Origin: a virus
Reading direction: 5' to 3' (one strand)
DNA length: 64,000 nt
IMG/VR virus record: IMGVR_UViG_3300042453_002197
Location: 4,723 to 68,722 of that record
Of this stretch, positions 1 through 8,650 are shown in pieces (the stretch's first letter is position 1; each line of letters begins with the position of its first letter). The position numbers were made by a program, and so were the translations under genes. Under the pieces are notes generated by a model. The model saw only the letters and a program-made list of their open reading frames with translations. It had not been told where the DNA came from and searched no databases.

Positions 1-153
1 ACGGTCCAGTCGCTTTTCATTCTCAATCACAACTTCACCGACCCACATCAGAATGTTACCCTTCATAATGCGAGCCTGAATCAGATCGGGTTCAAGACCC
101 AGACGGGTACGCAGATCAGTACTGTTAACTTTTTGCTTAACGACGGTGTACAT
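1..153 (-). CDS. hypothetical protein, 5' part only (runs off window start)
   Basis: Manual translation MYTVVKQKVNSTDLRTRLGLEPDLIQARIMKGNILMWVGEVVIENEKRLDR, open to the edge; AAGGAG RBS upstream. Confidence 0.75.
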   Translation of the reverse strand, partial: MYTVVKQKVNSTDLRTRLGLEPDLIQARIMKGNILMWVGEVVIENEKRLDR

Positions 154-183
154 ATCCGACTCCTTAAATCAATCAATACATAT

Positions 184-212
184 ATTGTATATCCAAACCC
201 ATTTATTGTCAA
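184..212 (-). promoter_or_regulatory. sigma70-type early promoter
   Basis: TTGACA-17 nt-TACAAT on minus strand upstream of the 1..153 gene. Confidence 0.75.
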
Positions 213-216
213 ATTT

Positions 217-293
217 TGGTGCCCTAGACAGGATTCGAACCTGCAAAACCTGATATCTCAAACCAGTATGTTTACCACTTTCATCACCAGGGC
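217..293 (-). tRNA. tRNA-Leu(GAG), short variable loop
   Basis: Acceptor GCCCTGG/CTAGGGC, anticodon arm CTGGT-TTGAGAT-ATCAG, T arm GCAGG-TTCGAAT-CCTGT, encoded ACCA. Confidence 0.85.
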
Positions 294-304
294 ATTATTT
301 CGTT

Positions 305-392
305 TGGCGGAAGATCACGGAATCGAACCGTATCCACATTACTGGACCATCTGTTTTCGAGGCAGTGATAATCCCAGATTATTTGATCTTCC
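305..392 (-). tRNA. tRNA-Ser(CGA)
   Basis: Acceptor GGAAGAT/ATCTTCC, loop CT-CGA-AA, long variable arm, TTCGATT T loop, GCCA end; anticodon stem has two mismatches. Confidence 0.8.
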
Positions 393-485
393 TGGCAGAA
401 GGTGTGGGAGTCGAACCCACGTGTCCATTATACGTGAACCATCATCTTTCCAAGATGCGCCGATAGGCCTCTCCGGCAACCTTCT
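393..485 (-). tRNA. tRNA-Ser(GGA)
   Basis: Acceptor AGAAGGT/ACCTTCT, loop TT-GGA-AA, long variable arm, GTGGG-TTCGACT-CCCAC, GCCA end. Confidence 0.88.
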
Positions 486-492
486 AATATTT

Positions 493-568
493 TGGTAGGT
501 CTTGTTGGAGTTGAACCAACGATCTTCACTATGTCACAGTGACGATTTTACCACTAATCTAAAGACCT
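493..568 (-). tRNA. tRNA-Val(GAC)
   Basis: Acceptor AGGTCTT/AAGACCT, anticodon arm TCACT-GTGACAT-AGTGA, GTTGG-TTCAACT-CCAAC, ACCA end. Confidence 0.85.
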
Positions 569-784
569 AAGAATACCTTTTAGTCTAGTCAAATCTTGGG
601 CGGATAGAAACATTTCAAACTTCAGTTCTTCCCGCATAGGTTCAGACTTTACTATTTCTACCGTTTTAAACTTTAGATTATAAATCTTATTATCGTGATT
701 GTCTATTAATGAAGTTAGTTCCGCATAGGCACGATAGTCTTGATTGTCTACTAGCAACGTGCGAGATTGTTCAACTAACTTCAT
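554..784 (-). CDS. hypothetical protein
   Basis: 76-aa ORF, same strand as neighbours; last 15 nt overlap the tRNA-Val 5' end. Confidence 0.65.
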   Translation of the reverse strand: MKLVEQSRTLLVDNQDYRAYAELTSLIDNHDNKIYNLKFKTVEIVKSEPMREELKFEMFLSAQDLTRLKGILRSLD

Positions 785-805
785 TTTATGACTTCACCCA
801 AATAG

Positions 806-991
806 TTAATCTACATCAGAGTCTGAAGACTTTTCACGCTTGCCTGCTGTTTTACGTGCTTGTTCTGCACACAGTTCAGCGTCTATCATAGCACGTTTCC
901 AGTGTGGATAAACTTCACGTGAATAACGCATAGATGCTAGACGCATCTTTAGTGGCTTACTCATTTTATAACTTGATGTTGGTTTTTGCAT
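806..991 (-). CDS. hypothetical protein
   Basis: 61-aa ORF with AAGG RBS-like sequence and an upstream sigma70-like promoter. Confidence 0.65.
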   Translation of the reverse strand: MQKPTSSYKMSKPLKMRLASMRYSREVYPHWKRAMIDAELCAEQARKTAGKREKSSDSDVD

Positions 992-1014
992 TTTTTCCTT
1001 CTATAGTTTTGTTG

Positions 1015-1043
1015 AGTTTAATTTGTAACGAGATATTTGTCAA
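1015..1043 (-). promoter_or_regulatory. sigma70-type promoter
   Basis: TTGACA-17 nt-TAAACT. Confidence 0.55.
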
Positions 1044-1050
1044 ATACTTT

Positions 1051-1230
1051 TATTCCAAAACACACGTATTTATGATGTGTTTTGGAATATCCAGACTAGC
1101 TGGATATATCAGAGCTATACTCTGATCTGCTATTTATACTTATGTGTTATCGCCACACTTTCATCCAGCAGTCCGCCCGTTTAGTAGTTTATTTAATGTG
1201 CTCTACTAGGACCTCGTTTCCTGTTAGCAC
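1051..1230 (-). ncRNA. putative structured RNA (several stems, possible pseudoknot)
   Basis: Stems GUCC/GGAC, UAGUAG/CUACUA, GUGU/ACAC, AUCAGAG/CUCUGAU, UAUCCAG/CUGGAUA, UUCCAAAACACA/UGUGUUUUGGAA; 5' GUGCU complementary to loop AGCAC. Confidence 0.5.
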
Positions 1231-1235
1231 CAAGT

Positions 1236-1269
1236 AAAACCCCCGAGACTTTTTAGGTTTCGGGGGTTT
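1236..1269 (-). terminator. intrinsic terminator (probable attenuator hairpin)
   Basis: AAACCCCCGA...TCGGGGGTTT stem followed by a short T run. Confidence 0.7.
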
Positions 1270-1302
1270 GGTTTAAAGAACTTTACAATATTACTGTTTC
1301 AT

Positions 1303-1434
1303 CTACCCCCGAATTATTTTTCCTTTATTCTGGTCGCCACGTAAACTAATAAAATATGTGGGCGCCGGCATCTGTTCGCATAGTCTAGACCATGAGAAGG
1401 CTGATGGTGAAAAATGATTCATGTAGTTTTTCAT
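1303..1434 (-). CDS. putative 43-aa leader (attenuator) peptide
   Basis: MKNYMNHFSPSAFSWSRLCEQMPAPTYFISLRGDQNKGKIIRG*; TAAATA 5 nt before ATG; last codons complementary to the 5' arm of the downstream terminator. Confidence 0.6.
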   Translation of the reverse strand: MKNYMNHFSPSAFSWSRLCEQMPAPTYFISLRGDQNKGKIIRG

Positions 1435-1494
1435 ATAAGTATTTAGTAATTACCTAATAATATGATTATTTATCTCTGTTTTTAATGAAATAAT

Positions 1495-1851
1495 TTAATT
1501 GTGGTAATTCAAATCTGGGTCTATATCTGTTATTTCAAATTCATATGGATAATTTATAGATAACTCTTGCATACTTTGATTTAAAAAACTTATATATTCC
1601 TCAATAGCTTCTTGATTACTCCATAAACGTATGGTAGTATAGTAAGTGTATTTATTTAAATATAAACCAGTTGTTGCGGCTTGATTGACAAGTGGATTAT
1701 ATTGTATAGCATCAGTTTTACCTTCCAATAACATTGCTTCACGTTTATTTTTTACCAAATTAAAAATATTGTTTGAAGTATAGTCAATCAATGATAAGCC
1801 CGTTGCAGGGACATCAGTCCAAGTAATTGTTAATTGTTTCGTCATTGACAT
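1495..1851 (-). CDS. hypothetical protein
   Basis: 118-aa ORF with upstream TAAATA element. Confidence 0.75.
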   Translation of the reverse strand: MSMTKQLTITWTDVPATGLSLIDYTSNNIFNLVKNKREAMLLEGKTDAIQYNPLVNQAATTGLYLNKYTYYTTIRLWSNQEAIEEYISFLNQSMQELSINYPYEFEITDIDPDLNYHN

Positions 1852-1923
1852 TTTATTTTATTCTCTTATATGAGATATTTAGTGTTTCATACTAAATTTA
1901 CGACTCTGATAAGATAATAAATC

Positions 1924-2478
1924 TTAATTTTCAACAAATTTTAGTTGATTAATAATGTTTAGTGTATTCTCTTGAAACGATTTGTACATTATCCATTGCC
2001 AATTATTTTTGTATTTGAGTTCAATTTTTTCACGATACACTGACCAGTCATTAAATAGTGAAGAATTCTTAATAATATATTTTAATATACCACTATTTGA
2101 AGCTTGTCTTGAAACGAAAATAAAATCACAGGATTCTGCAATTCTTTTAGTTTGTAATGTAACTGTTTCATCATTATCCGGTAAACACCAATAATTAGTT
2201 CTATATGTTGGATGTACAAATGTTCGTGAAAAAACTCTAAAAATTTTGTCTCCGAACGGTTCAACACCCATCATTAAAACTAAATTAGCTGGATCTTTAT
2301 CGTACACATATCCGTATTCAAGCATTCTATCTATGCTTTCAATAGTGTAATTTCTACTAAGCTTTTCATTTAAGTTTAATGCATATCGTAGATGATTTAA
2401 AAAATTTTCATCGTAATCCACTTTATCATGATGCTTTACTATTTTATAGTAAAAACCACATTTCAATTTAACTATCAT
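1924..2478 (-). CDS. hypothetical protein, possibly GNAT-like
   Basis: FRVFSRTFVHPTYRT resembles GNAT motif A (V.P.YR). Confidence 0.45.
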   Translation of the reverse strand: MIVKLKCGFYYKIVKHHDKVDYDENFLNHLRYALNLNEKLSRNYTIESIDRMLEYGYVYDKDPANLVLMMGVEPFGDKIFRVFSRTFVHPTYRTNYWCLPDNDETVTLQTKRIAESCDFIFVSRQASNSGILKYIIKNSSLFNDWSVYREKIELKYKNNWQWIMYKSFQENTLNIINQLKFVEN

Positions 2479-2480
2479 AA

Positions 2481-2963
2481 TTAAGATTCTACCGATCCCA
2501 TTAAATGTAATCTTTGTCTATTGCTACAATTAATAAAAGTATGTTCTTTAGTTGTGTCAACCAAATATATCTGTCCCACTGGCAAATGTTCTAAATGACC
2601 ATTTTTAAATAAAAAGTAACATTCTGAATTTGTAATGATTGGTATATGGATTCGTGGTGTTGTATCCGCGTGGATGCTATAACATGACCAAGGTTCAACC
2701 ATCATAAATCTGGTGCGTTTTAAATTGTATTGAATTATTAGATTTTCAAAAAAAGTATTTTTGTAGTTCTCATTCAAATTCACATATTCTAAATCCGTGC
2801 CATCACCTTTTCCTAAACCACTTATATATGGATTTTCATTTGTTTTATATTGCAGACTTGCTTGTTTACACTTACCATAATCAACCCACTTGATATTGTC
2901 TTTAAAAGAATCATACGCAGATAAGAGTTGAGTTACATCAATTGAATTAATAATTTTAATCAT
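2481..2963 (-). CDS. aspartyl/asparaginyl beta-hydroxylase-like Fe/2OG oxygenase
   Basis: HAD...RIHIPIITN...HTFIN...RLHL motifs. Confidence 0.75.
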   Translation of the reverse strand: MIKIINSIDVTQLLSAYDSFKDNIKWVDYGKCKQASLQYKTNENPYISGLGKGDGTDLEYVNLNENYKNTFFENLIIQYNLKRTRFMMVEPWSCYSIHADTTPRIHIPIITNSECYFLFKNGHLEHLPVGQIYLVDTTKEHTFINCSNRQRLHLMGSVES

Positions 2964-3582
2964 AATTTATTTTAAAACGCAGTGTTATTCCTGTTTTTAC
3001 TCCCTTAAATTTTGACGTAGCATGTATACGTCTATTATCAAATAGTATTAAACTACCTATATCAAACGGATAAGCTTTGCCACTTAACCCATAAAGAGTT
3101 TCTTTTGGATAATGATTCAAATGTGTGTAAAGTTCATCGCAAATATTTTCATTTGTTAAATTTCTAACGGGATATTCAAATGGGCAACCTTTTACGCCTA
3201 TATTAGTTGTAAAATACTGTACGGGTAAATGCATGCACCAGGTAACGCTGTCTAAATGCCATTCTTGATCAAATATGATCAAATTTGGTAATGCTTCGGT
3301 ATAAGCTAAAGGTATTACTACATTAATTTCATTTTTCTGAAAAGTTTTGAAATCTGTGTGAGGCAAATAAGGTTCAGAATGTTTATAGAAATTACCTGTG
3401 CAATATGTAATCTTATATTCACAGTAACTTTGTATTAATGGTACAAGTAAATGCAAACATTCACGCGGAGTGAGTTTGTTCATTGTAGTAGTGTCATAAG
3501 TAGTAGAAGAATTATATTCATCTAAGCAAAGTCGTATAATATTTTTGTCTATACAATTGAATTTTTGAATCACCGATGACAT
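2956..3582 (-). CDS. Fe/2OG oxygenase-like protein
   Basis: PHTD and distal FDNRRIHAT facial triad; start moved to the ATG after TAAATA. Confidence 0.6.
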   Translation of the reverse strand: MSSVIQKFNCIDKNIIRLCLDEYNSSTTYDTTTMNKLTPRECLHLLVPLIQSYCEYKITYCTGNFYKHSEPYLPHTDFKTFQKNEINVVIPLAYTEALPNLIIFDQEWHLDSVTWCMHLPVQYFTTNIGVKGCPFEYPVRNLTNENICDELYTHLNHYPKETLYGLSGKAYPFDIGSLILFDNRRIHATSKFKGVKTGITLRFKINYD

Positions 3583-3594
3583 AAATATATTTAT
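3581..3594. promoter_or_regulatory. back-to-back T4-like late promoters
   Basis: Perfect palindrome ATAAATATATTTAT gives TAAATA on both strands at the divergence point. Confidence 0.55.
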
Positions 3595-3613
3595 CAACTA
3601 AAATGTTTAGAAA

Positions 3614-4636
3614 ATGAAATGTGGATGGATTGAAAATAGACTTAGTATAGAAACAGATGGCTATACTAGAGCTTGTTGTTTAGAGACAGATAACGCGGCA
3701 AGAATTAGTTATATAAATTCAGGAATTAATAGTTCTTTTAACAATAAAATTTTACTTCAATTACGAGATGATTTATCAACTGGATTTAATGAAAAAACAA
3801 AGCCATTTTGTAATCGTTGTGCAGAACTAGAATTTAACAAAGAACCAAGTTTAAGAACTACCACATCTTTTTTAAGTGATAAAAGAGAATTAAAGTATTT
3901 ACAATTTAAATTAAGCAATCAATGTCAACTAGCATGTGCTCATTGTGGTAGTGATCGTAGTAGTACATGGGCAAAAATTAATAACGAAAATCCTCACGTA
4001 AAAAAAGCATTTGATATTACTGATTCGTTTTTAAATGAACTTAAAAGCATTTTGCCAACATTATCAGTAATTAAATTTTCAGGCGGTGAACCATTTTTAC
4101 AACCAGAACATTGGAAAATTTTAGAAGCGTTAAAATCGGAAAATAGAAGCAACTGTGAATTGCATTATATAACTAATGGAATAAGTCCTTTCAGACAGGA
4201 ATTATGGGAAGGATGGAAAAACATAAACTGCTCAATAAGTGTTGATGGTTTTGAAAAAAGTTATGAATGGTTTAGACGAGGTAGTAATTGGGATATGTTG
4301 TTGCAGAATATTAACAAACTAAAAAAATATAGTAATGTTTCCATAAATTATTCAGTAACACCATATACTATTTCTGATTATTTAAAAGCTAAAGAATTTT
4401 GGTCCGATAAATATCACTTCAGTGAATTTTCTATCGTATATCCTGATCACTGTAGTATGCTTAAATTTCCCATGAGTTTTATAACTAAACTTAAGAATTT
4501 TGAAAAAATTCCATATACATCGTCATGTGCGACTACTGGAAATATTCATATATTTAGAGAGTGGGCAAAAAAGTCCGATTTGTATTGGAATACGATTGAT
4601 CAGTCAAAAAAACTATTTTGGTGGATGAATGACTAA
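3614..4636 (+). CDS. radical SAM protein with N-terminal SPASM/twitch-like Cys cluster
   Basis: CQLACAHC (CX3CX2C), SGGEP, YITNG, SVDG; N-terminal C...CC...CNRC. Confidence 0.9.
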   Translation: MKCGWIENRLSIETDGYTRACCLETDNAARISYINSGINSSFNNKILLQLRDDLSTGFNEKTKPFCNRCAELEFNKEPSLRTTTSFLSDKRELKYLQFKLSNQCQLACAHCGSDRSSTWAKINNENPHVKKAFDITDSFLNELKSILPTLSVIKFSGGEPFLQPEHWKILEALKSENRSNCELHYITNGISPFRQELWEGWKNINCSISVDGFEKSYEWFRRGSNWDMLLQNINKLKKYSNVSINYSVTPYTISDYLKAKEFWSDKYHFSEFSIVYPDHCSMLKFPMSFITKLKNFEKIPYTSSCATTGNIHIFREWAKKSDLYWNTIDQSKKLFWWMND

Positions 4637-5168
4637 TTTCTATAAAGAATTAAACGATATTGATAATTGGCAAGAATTAACTAATTTTGTTCTTTACGAA
4701 ATACAGCATAAATATGCTGATGTATTTAATCGTATAAACAATCTAAGTTACATAGAACTGCCAGAGGAGTTTTTTGTGGGTTTAAAACCAAAAATAGACA
4801 AAGTTTTTGAAAAATATAATATTCATTGCAAACTTGCCGCAGTATACGTAACGTATGAAGATAAACATGGCGATATTCATTGTGATAATAGACCTGAAAA
4901 TTATCGAATAAATTTGCCCGTTTTAAATTGCCAAAATACTAAAACTCAATTCTATTCTGTTTCAAATTTTAGATGGTATCGTAATTCTCTATATATTGTA
5001 AAATTGCCAGCACACGACGCAGACGTAAAACTTATTGATGAATTTGAGCTTAGCATGCCAACAGTGGTCAGTGTAAATGATTGGCATTGTGTAAAAGTAT
5101 CTAATCAATTGCCTAGAATTTCTTTAACACTTTCTTTTGAAGAAGATTTGCAATTTTTAATAAAATGA
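4629..5168 (+). CDS. cupin/Fe-2OG oxygenase-like protein
   Basis: IHCD...RINLP...WHCV...RISL. Confidence 0.6.
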   Translation: MTNFYKELNDIDNWQELTNFVLYEIQHKYADVFNRINNLSYIELPEEFFVGLKPKIDKVFEKYNIHCKLAAVYVTYEDKHGDIHCDNRPENYRINLPVLNCQNTKTQFYSVSNFRWYRNSLYIVKLPAHDADVKLIDEFELSMPTVVSVNDWHCVKVSNQLPRISLTLSFEEDLQFLIK

Positions 5169-5731
5169 ACTTTTTTTATCTTAACTTGCCACGAATTCCA
5201 TCTAATTTAACAAAACTATGCTTTAAAAATATATCTTTAGCCTCTTCTGATCCTTTTTTAATAGAAATGAACAAAAAAGAAGGTGTAAGTCATAGTATTA
5301 CTTATTTGCCACCAGAAGTAAAAATCTGGCTAATTGAAAACATAATCAAAATATTAGATCCAACTTTCGAACATCCAGAATTAATTAATAACATGTATTT
5401 ACACATAAACAAATACATAGAACATCGTGAAGGGAACGGTGTACATCCAATTCATATAGATTACGGAAGAAAATTTGCTTTCAATTATATACTAACCCTA
5501 GGAGCAAACAATTTACCAATTACCACCTGGTACGAGAATGATAAAACAACTATAATAGAACAACACGCTATAGAACCTAATCGATGGCACTTAATAGCAG
5601 TTAATCCTGTATTTCACGGCGTAAGAGGACAGGAAAAAAATCAATTACGTACCATCATTAGTTTATGTTATGATCCTTTTGATTTGAATAATTTCAATCC
5701 AAAAAAACAATTTGAAAATATTATTATATGA
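5165..5731 (+). CDS. cupin/Fe-2OG oxygenase-like protein
   Basis: IHID...AFNY...FHGV...RTIISL. Confidence 0.6.
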   Translation: MNFFYLNLPRIPSNLTKLCFKNISLASSDPFLIEMNKKEGVSHSITYLPPEVKIWLIENIIKILDPTFEHPELINNMYLHINKYIEHREGNGVHPIHIDYGRKFAFNYILTLGANNLPITTWYENDKTTIIEQHAIEPNRWHLIAVNPVFHGVRGQEKNQLRTIISLCYDPFDLNNFNPKKQFENIII

Positions 5732-6228
5732 GCTATTTTTATGAACTAAACATTAAATGCACCATTAACGAAAAATTATGTGATTTCGTTACACAAAGCC
5801 AAAAATGGCAAGTCAAATCAGCATTTGAATATATTGAAATTCCTAATAATTTAATTCAAATGGATCAAACTATTAAGTATTTCGTAAACGAGTTTAACGC
5901 AGAACCACTGATATTACGTATGTCACCGAACACTTTTTATAGATTTCATATAGATACTTCCAGAACATGTGCAGTAAATATGTTGATATCTGGATCAGAT
6001 AGTAATTGTTACTTTGGACAAGTTTCCGAGAATGAAGAAATCATAAAAAACGTTACGGAATTAAAATACAGTCCAAATCAATATTATCTATTTAATACTA
6101 AAGAAAAGCACGCAGTATTAAACAAAAATAATTTTAGATATTTGCTTAGTTTAGGTATTTATAAATTAGATTATGAAACTGTCTATAACAAATATAAAAA
6201 GGATCATTGCTATGACTATGGACTTTAA
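5728..6228 (+). CDS. cupin/Fe-2OG oxygenase-like protein
   Basis: FHID...AVN...KHAVLN...RYLLSL. Confidence 0.6.
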   Translation: MSYFYELNIKCTINEKLCDFVTQSQKWQVKSAFEYIEIPNNLIQMDQTIKYFVNEFNAEPLILRMSPNTFYRFHIDTSRTCAVNMLISGSDSNCYFGQVSENEEIIKNVTELKYSPNQYYLFNTKEKHAVLNKNNFRYLLSLGIYKLDYETVYNKYKKDHCYDYGL

Positions 6229-7043
6229 ATATTTGTTAGCTTATGATCTTTTAAATCGTAATCTGAATAATTAATCAATAAGTGTTTATCTTTTTCCCAT
6301 TCTGAACGATTAATAATTAAACTCTCCAAATCATTATTAGCGTATTTTGTTTTTAATGACTCATTATGATAATTTTTAATTTCACTTATACCTAAACTTA
6401 ATTTTTCAGCAAGTTGCTCTTCTGATGCATTGTACCATTCGTCTTCATAAATAAAAGTTCTTTTATTTAAAAAATAATCTATATCTAGCTTGTTACCATG
6501 AAGATTAGATAAAAAATTCTTATATGTATTTTTAAACTTATCATAACACTGCAATATGTAAATAAAGTCGTTAAGATGTTCTTTACTATAATAGAATGAA
6601 GTTATTTGTGGTTGTGAATTACTAACATTATAATGAGACAATTTTAATTCGCTGAATAATCCTAAATATGATAAAAATTGATTTATTTTATTTTTGCGTT
6701 CTAAAAATATCAAATCATAATTTTGAATTATAAATTTTTCAATATCATCAGGCAAATCAAATGGATGAACTTTTATCATATTATTTGGATAAGATTTTAT
6801 TAACTCCAATCTTTCCATTTGTATTTTATATTTGTCATCCCACCATTTTCTATAAACTCTGTTGTGAACATTCTTTACAATTTTATTGTTTTTCAAAACG
6901 TAATTTGATTCAATAACACGATCAACACTAAAATATTCTGCTAAATTAGCAACATATCCCCAATTATCTCTGGCTATATTAAATAATTTAGTTGTTAATA
7001 TAGTGGATGCTGTTCGTGGAGTAGATATGACTAATGGCTTCAT
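6225..7043 (-). CDS. sulfotransferase-like protein (Stf0-like)
   Basis: N-terminal STPRTAST 5'-PSB loop; LERKN..QFLS 3'-PB-like; YED. Confidence 0.6.
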   Translation of the reverse strand: MKPLVISTPRTASTILTTKLFNIARDNWGYVANLAEYFSVDRVIESNYVLKNNKIVKNVHNRVYRKWWDDKYKIQMERLELIKSYPNNMIKVHPFDLPDDIEKFIIQNYDLIFLERKNKINQFLSYLGLFSELKLSHYNVSNSQPQITSFYYSKEHLNDFIYILQCYDKFKNTYKNFLSNLHGNKLDIDYFLNKRTFIYEDEWYNASEEQLAEKLSLGISEIKNYHNESLKTKYANNDLESLIINRSEWEKDKHLLINYSDYDLKDHKLTNI

Positions 7044-7052
7044 TATTCTAAA

Positions 7053-8627
7053 TTATCTACGTGCTCTTGGCGCTTTTTGAAGTTCGTTTTGATCATTACC
7101 TTTTTTATAACTCTTTGCAGTAATACCCTTCACACCATACGTTACATCCTCAATGTCTTCTGGCTTCTTATACTTTGACTGCGCAGGTAATTCATTAATT
7201 TCATCAGTGTCATCTTCAACATCGGCAGCATTATTCTTAAGAATCTTGAATGTAAAGTTACCTTTAATACCAGTACTGTAATAAGTTTTACTAGCACTAA
7301 ATTTTACTCCTGTTACTGTGTCGCTGGGCCAAACAGTACGAAAATTTTCAATAGTCCAACTATCGCCACTTTCACTAGCAGAAGTATATACTTGAATTAA
7401 TGCACCATTATTAAGAATTTCACTAGCTGCTTCACCAAATTTTGTTTTTTCATTTACGTGATCCGCTACTTTATGTGCGACTGCCGCTAATGCATGAAAA
7501 TAAAGATTAACGTTTTCTGGATCATCAGTTTTTCGCTCTAAAATTAATTTCTTTAATTTAGAACTCATGGCCATATTCTTAACCGATACTAGTGTAACAC
7601 GCGATTGACCTTTCAAACTTTTGATCATATCAGAGTCACCTGCATCTATAATACCATACTTTACACCAAGCACTAATGGTGCGCCGCCTTGGCCCGCTGT
7701 TACCATTTCTTGTATGACGCCTATAATTTCTTTATGCTTTCTAGCTAACTGTGGATTAGTACCACGTAATTCATTTACAGCATCTAACAAATTTTTTGCA
7801 CTAGCTTGTGCGCCGCCAGCACCTTTACTACTTACCTTTATCTTTTTGCCATCATCTGAAATTAGTATGCTATCACTTAGTCCTTCTGTTTTATCAGTGC
7901 CAAAATTTATACTTGTTCCAGAAAAACTATCTTGATTCAAAAATTTCATGGCTGCTTGTCCAGCATTGCCTCGATAATTACCAGTTTGAAGAGCTATAGG
8001 ATGCAACAGTTCACAAAAATAATCACGGAAAGCGGTAAAACTAATACCAGGCGGAGCATCAATAGTTAATGGTAATCGCTGACCACGTGATATATTTTTT
8101 GCAACTTTAGTTAAAGGACTATCAGTGCCAAACTTCTCAGCTATCTGCGAAACAATATCAGCAGGTGTTAAATTACTTTGGCGTGTTAATATATCCTGCG
8201 GGGTTAAACCAGCTTGTGTTTTTGCTGCACTTTTACTATTATACTTGTAGCCAGGAATTCCAGTTTGATTATCCCATTTATTTTGAGTTGGATCTAAATT
8301 TATTGATCTATATGGCTTAACATAAGCTAATCTACTTCCTTCTGGATTGTCAAATATTGCAATACCATAGGCACGATCACTTTCTTTGAACTTGCTAATT
8401 AAATCAACATATGCTCCGGGAATGTTATTAACTCGCTGTTTTAAGTCATTGACCATTTCTTGATAAGATGGAAATTCAGTTGCATTTTCAGGATAAAAAC
8501 GAACAGAATTAACATAAATTTTTTCATTTGGATTTGACGTACTTACAAATTCTTCACCGGTTTTTCTAGCTCCTAAACCACGGCTCTCAACTATTAAGTT
8601 ATCTAGTATGTTTATAAAATTTCGCAT
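7053..8627 (-). CDS. hypothetical protein, possibly head-packaged with PD-(D/E)xK-like fold
   Basis: Long ORF; LSDSILIS...IKVSSK motif; N-terminus MRNFINILDNLIVE resembles protease-cleaved leaders. Confidence 0.55.
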   Translation of the reverse strand: MRNFINILDNLIVESRGLGARKTGEEFVSTSNPNEKIYVNSVRFYPENATEFPSYQEMVNDLKQRVNNIPGAYVDLISKFKESDRAYGIAIFDNPEGSRLAYVKPYRSINLDPTQNKWDNQTGIPGYKYNSKSAAKTQAGLTPQDILTRQSNLTPADIVSQIAEKFGTDSPLTKVAKNISRGQRLPLTIDAPPGISFTAFRDYFCELLHPIALQTGNYRGNAGQAAMKFLNQDSFSGTSINFGTDKTEGLSDSILISDDGKKIKVSSKGAGGAQASAKNLLDAVNELRGTNPQLARKHKEIIGVIQEMVTAGQGGAPLVLGVKYGIIDAGDSDMIKSLKGQSRVTLVSVKNMAMSSKLKKLILERKTDDPENVNLYFHALAAVAHKVADHVNEKTKFGEAASEILNNGALIQVYTSASESGDSWTIENFRTVWPSDTVTGVKFSASKTYYSTGIKGNFTFKILKNNAADVEDDTDEINELPAQSKYKKPEDIEDVTYGVKGITAKSYKKGNDQNELQKAPRARR

Positions 8628-8650
8628 GATAACTATATTTATCAAAAATA

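Noticed and set aside
133-498. 121-aa plus-strand ORF
   Set aside because: Antisense to three tRNA genes and a promoter; a shadow ORF.
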